Source: Acidimicrobiales bacterium
GTDB taxonomy: Bacteria; Actinomycetota; Acidimicrobiia; Acidimicrobiales; SZUA-35
DNA: 64,000 bases
Reading direction: 5' to 3'
Assembly: GCA_047638695.1 (NCBI GenBank)
Contig: JBLINY010000005.1
Coordinates: forward strand, 28,075 to 92,074
The notes under the pieces were generated by a model. The model made no database searches. It was given only the letters and a program-made list of their open reading frames with translations, and was not told where the DNA came from. How positions within the stretch are numbered: the stretch's first letter is position 1; every line of letters begins with the position of its first letter. This document shows positions 63,702 through 64,000 of this stretch, piece after piece. The position numbers were made by a program, and so were the translations under genes.

Positions 63702-64000
63702 ATGATTACCCGATCCGTCAACGCGATCGACGTCAGTACCCAGGATGACTTGCGCGACGCTGACCTACGTGGCGCCAACCTGCAGGGAGCCGATCTTGCT
63801 GGTCGGGACCTGAGCGGAGCCGATCTCTCCGGTGCCGACCTGTCCCGCGCCCGGCTGGCGGGCGCCAACCTTCGTTCTGCAACCCTGCGAAGCGCGGTGC
63901 TTGACGGCACTCAACTCTTGGGGACTGATCTCACCGAAGCGGACCTCACGGCGAGTTCGGCTCGAGGAGCAGTGTTCGGTCAATGCGATCTGACTGATGC
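63702..64000 (+). CDS. Pentapeptide-repeat protein (3' end outside the window)
   Basis: My own translation from ATG 63702: MITRSVNAIDVSTQDDLRDADLRGANLQGADLAGRDLSGADLSGADLSRARLAGANLRSATLRSAVLDGTQLLGTDLTEADL... The frame stays open to the window edge. It is absent from the ORF track because there is no stop. Confidence 0.75.
   Translation, partial: MITRSVNAIDVSTQDDLRDADLRGANLQGADLAGRDLSGADLSGADLSRARLAGANLRSATLRSAVLDGTQLLGTDLTEADLTASSARGAVFGQCDLTD

Overview
GC-rich segment (roughly 60-65% by eye, not computed) with monoderm, Actinomycetota-like gene content: Mcr-type racemase, nitrobindin, CtpE-like ATPase, WhiG/FliA-type sigma factor. The taxon is an inference only. There are four blocks. (1) 1-25 kb is an acyl-CoA catabolic region. 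It holds Rieske oxygenase alpha/beta, an HACL1-like ThDP lyase, five family-III CoA-transferase paralogs, an Mcr-like racemase, hydantoinase A/B, two SDRs and a CMD-family protein. An ABC-2 exporter and redox/membrane genes are interspersed. Several genes are visibly decayed: a P-type ATPase, TetR and thioesterase remnants, and a fused CoA-transferase with an in-frame TAG plus a frameshift. (2) 25-31.4 kb is a partly lower-GC regulatory/exopolysaccharide islet. It encodes a soluble NarL-type histidine kinase, a receiver-only response regulator, a processive GT2 synthase, a small protein, two LuxR-HTH regulators (one with a pseudo-receiver), a thrice-repeated palindromic operator-like motif and an M15 peptidase. 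(3) 31.5-62.1 kb is a Gram-positive-type flagellar regulon in two divergent, translationally coupled super-operons. The minus strand runs fliM-fliN-fliO-fliPQR-flhBA-flhF-like-fliW-csrA. The plus strand runs fliA-flgN-like-flgKL-flbD-motAB-fliL-fliC-fliC-fliDS-flgBC-fliEFGHIJ-SLT-fliK-flgDE. (4) 62.2-64 kb holds an HDOD-GGDEF diguanylate cyclase and a pentapeptide-repeat protein. The most unusual points: an FlhF homolog with every GTPase motif degenerate and no FlhG; no recognisable CheY-docking peptide on FliM or FliN; a FliW-CsrA module with duplicated flagellin leaders; an SLT muramidase embedded between fliJ and fliK; a candidate c-di-GMP, EPS and motility wiring; and long microsatellites at gene boundaries. 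No rRNA, tRNA, CRISPR array or transposase was recognised.
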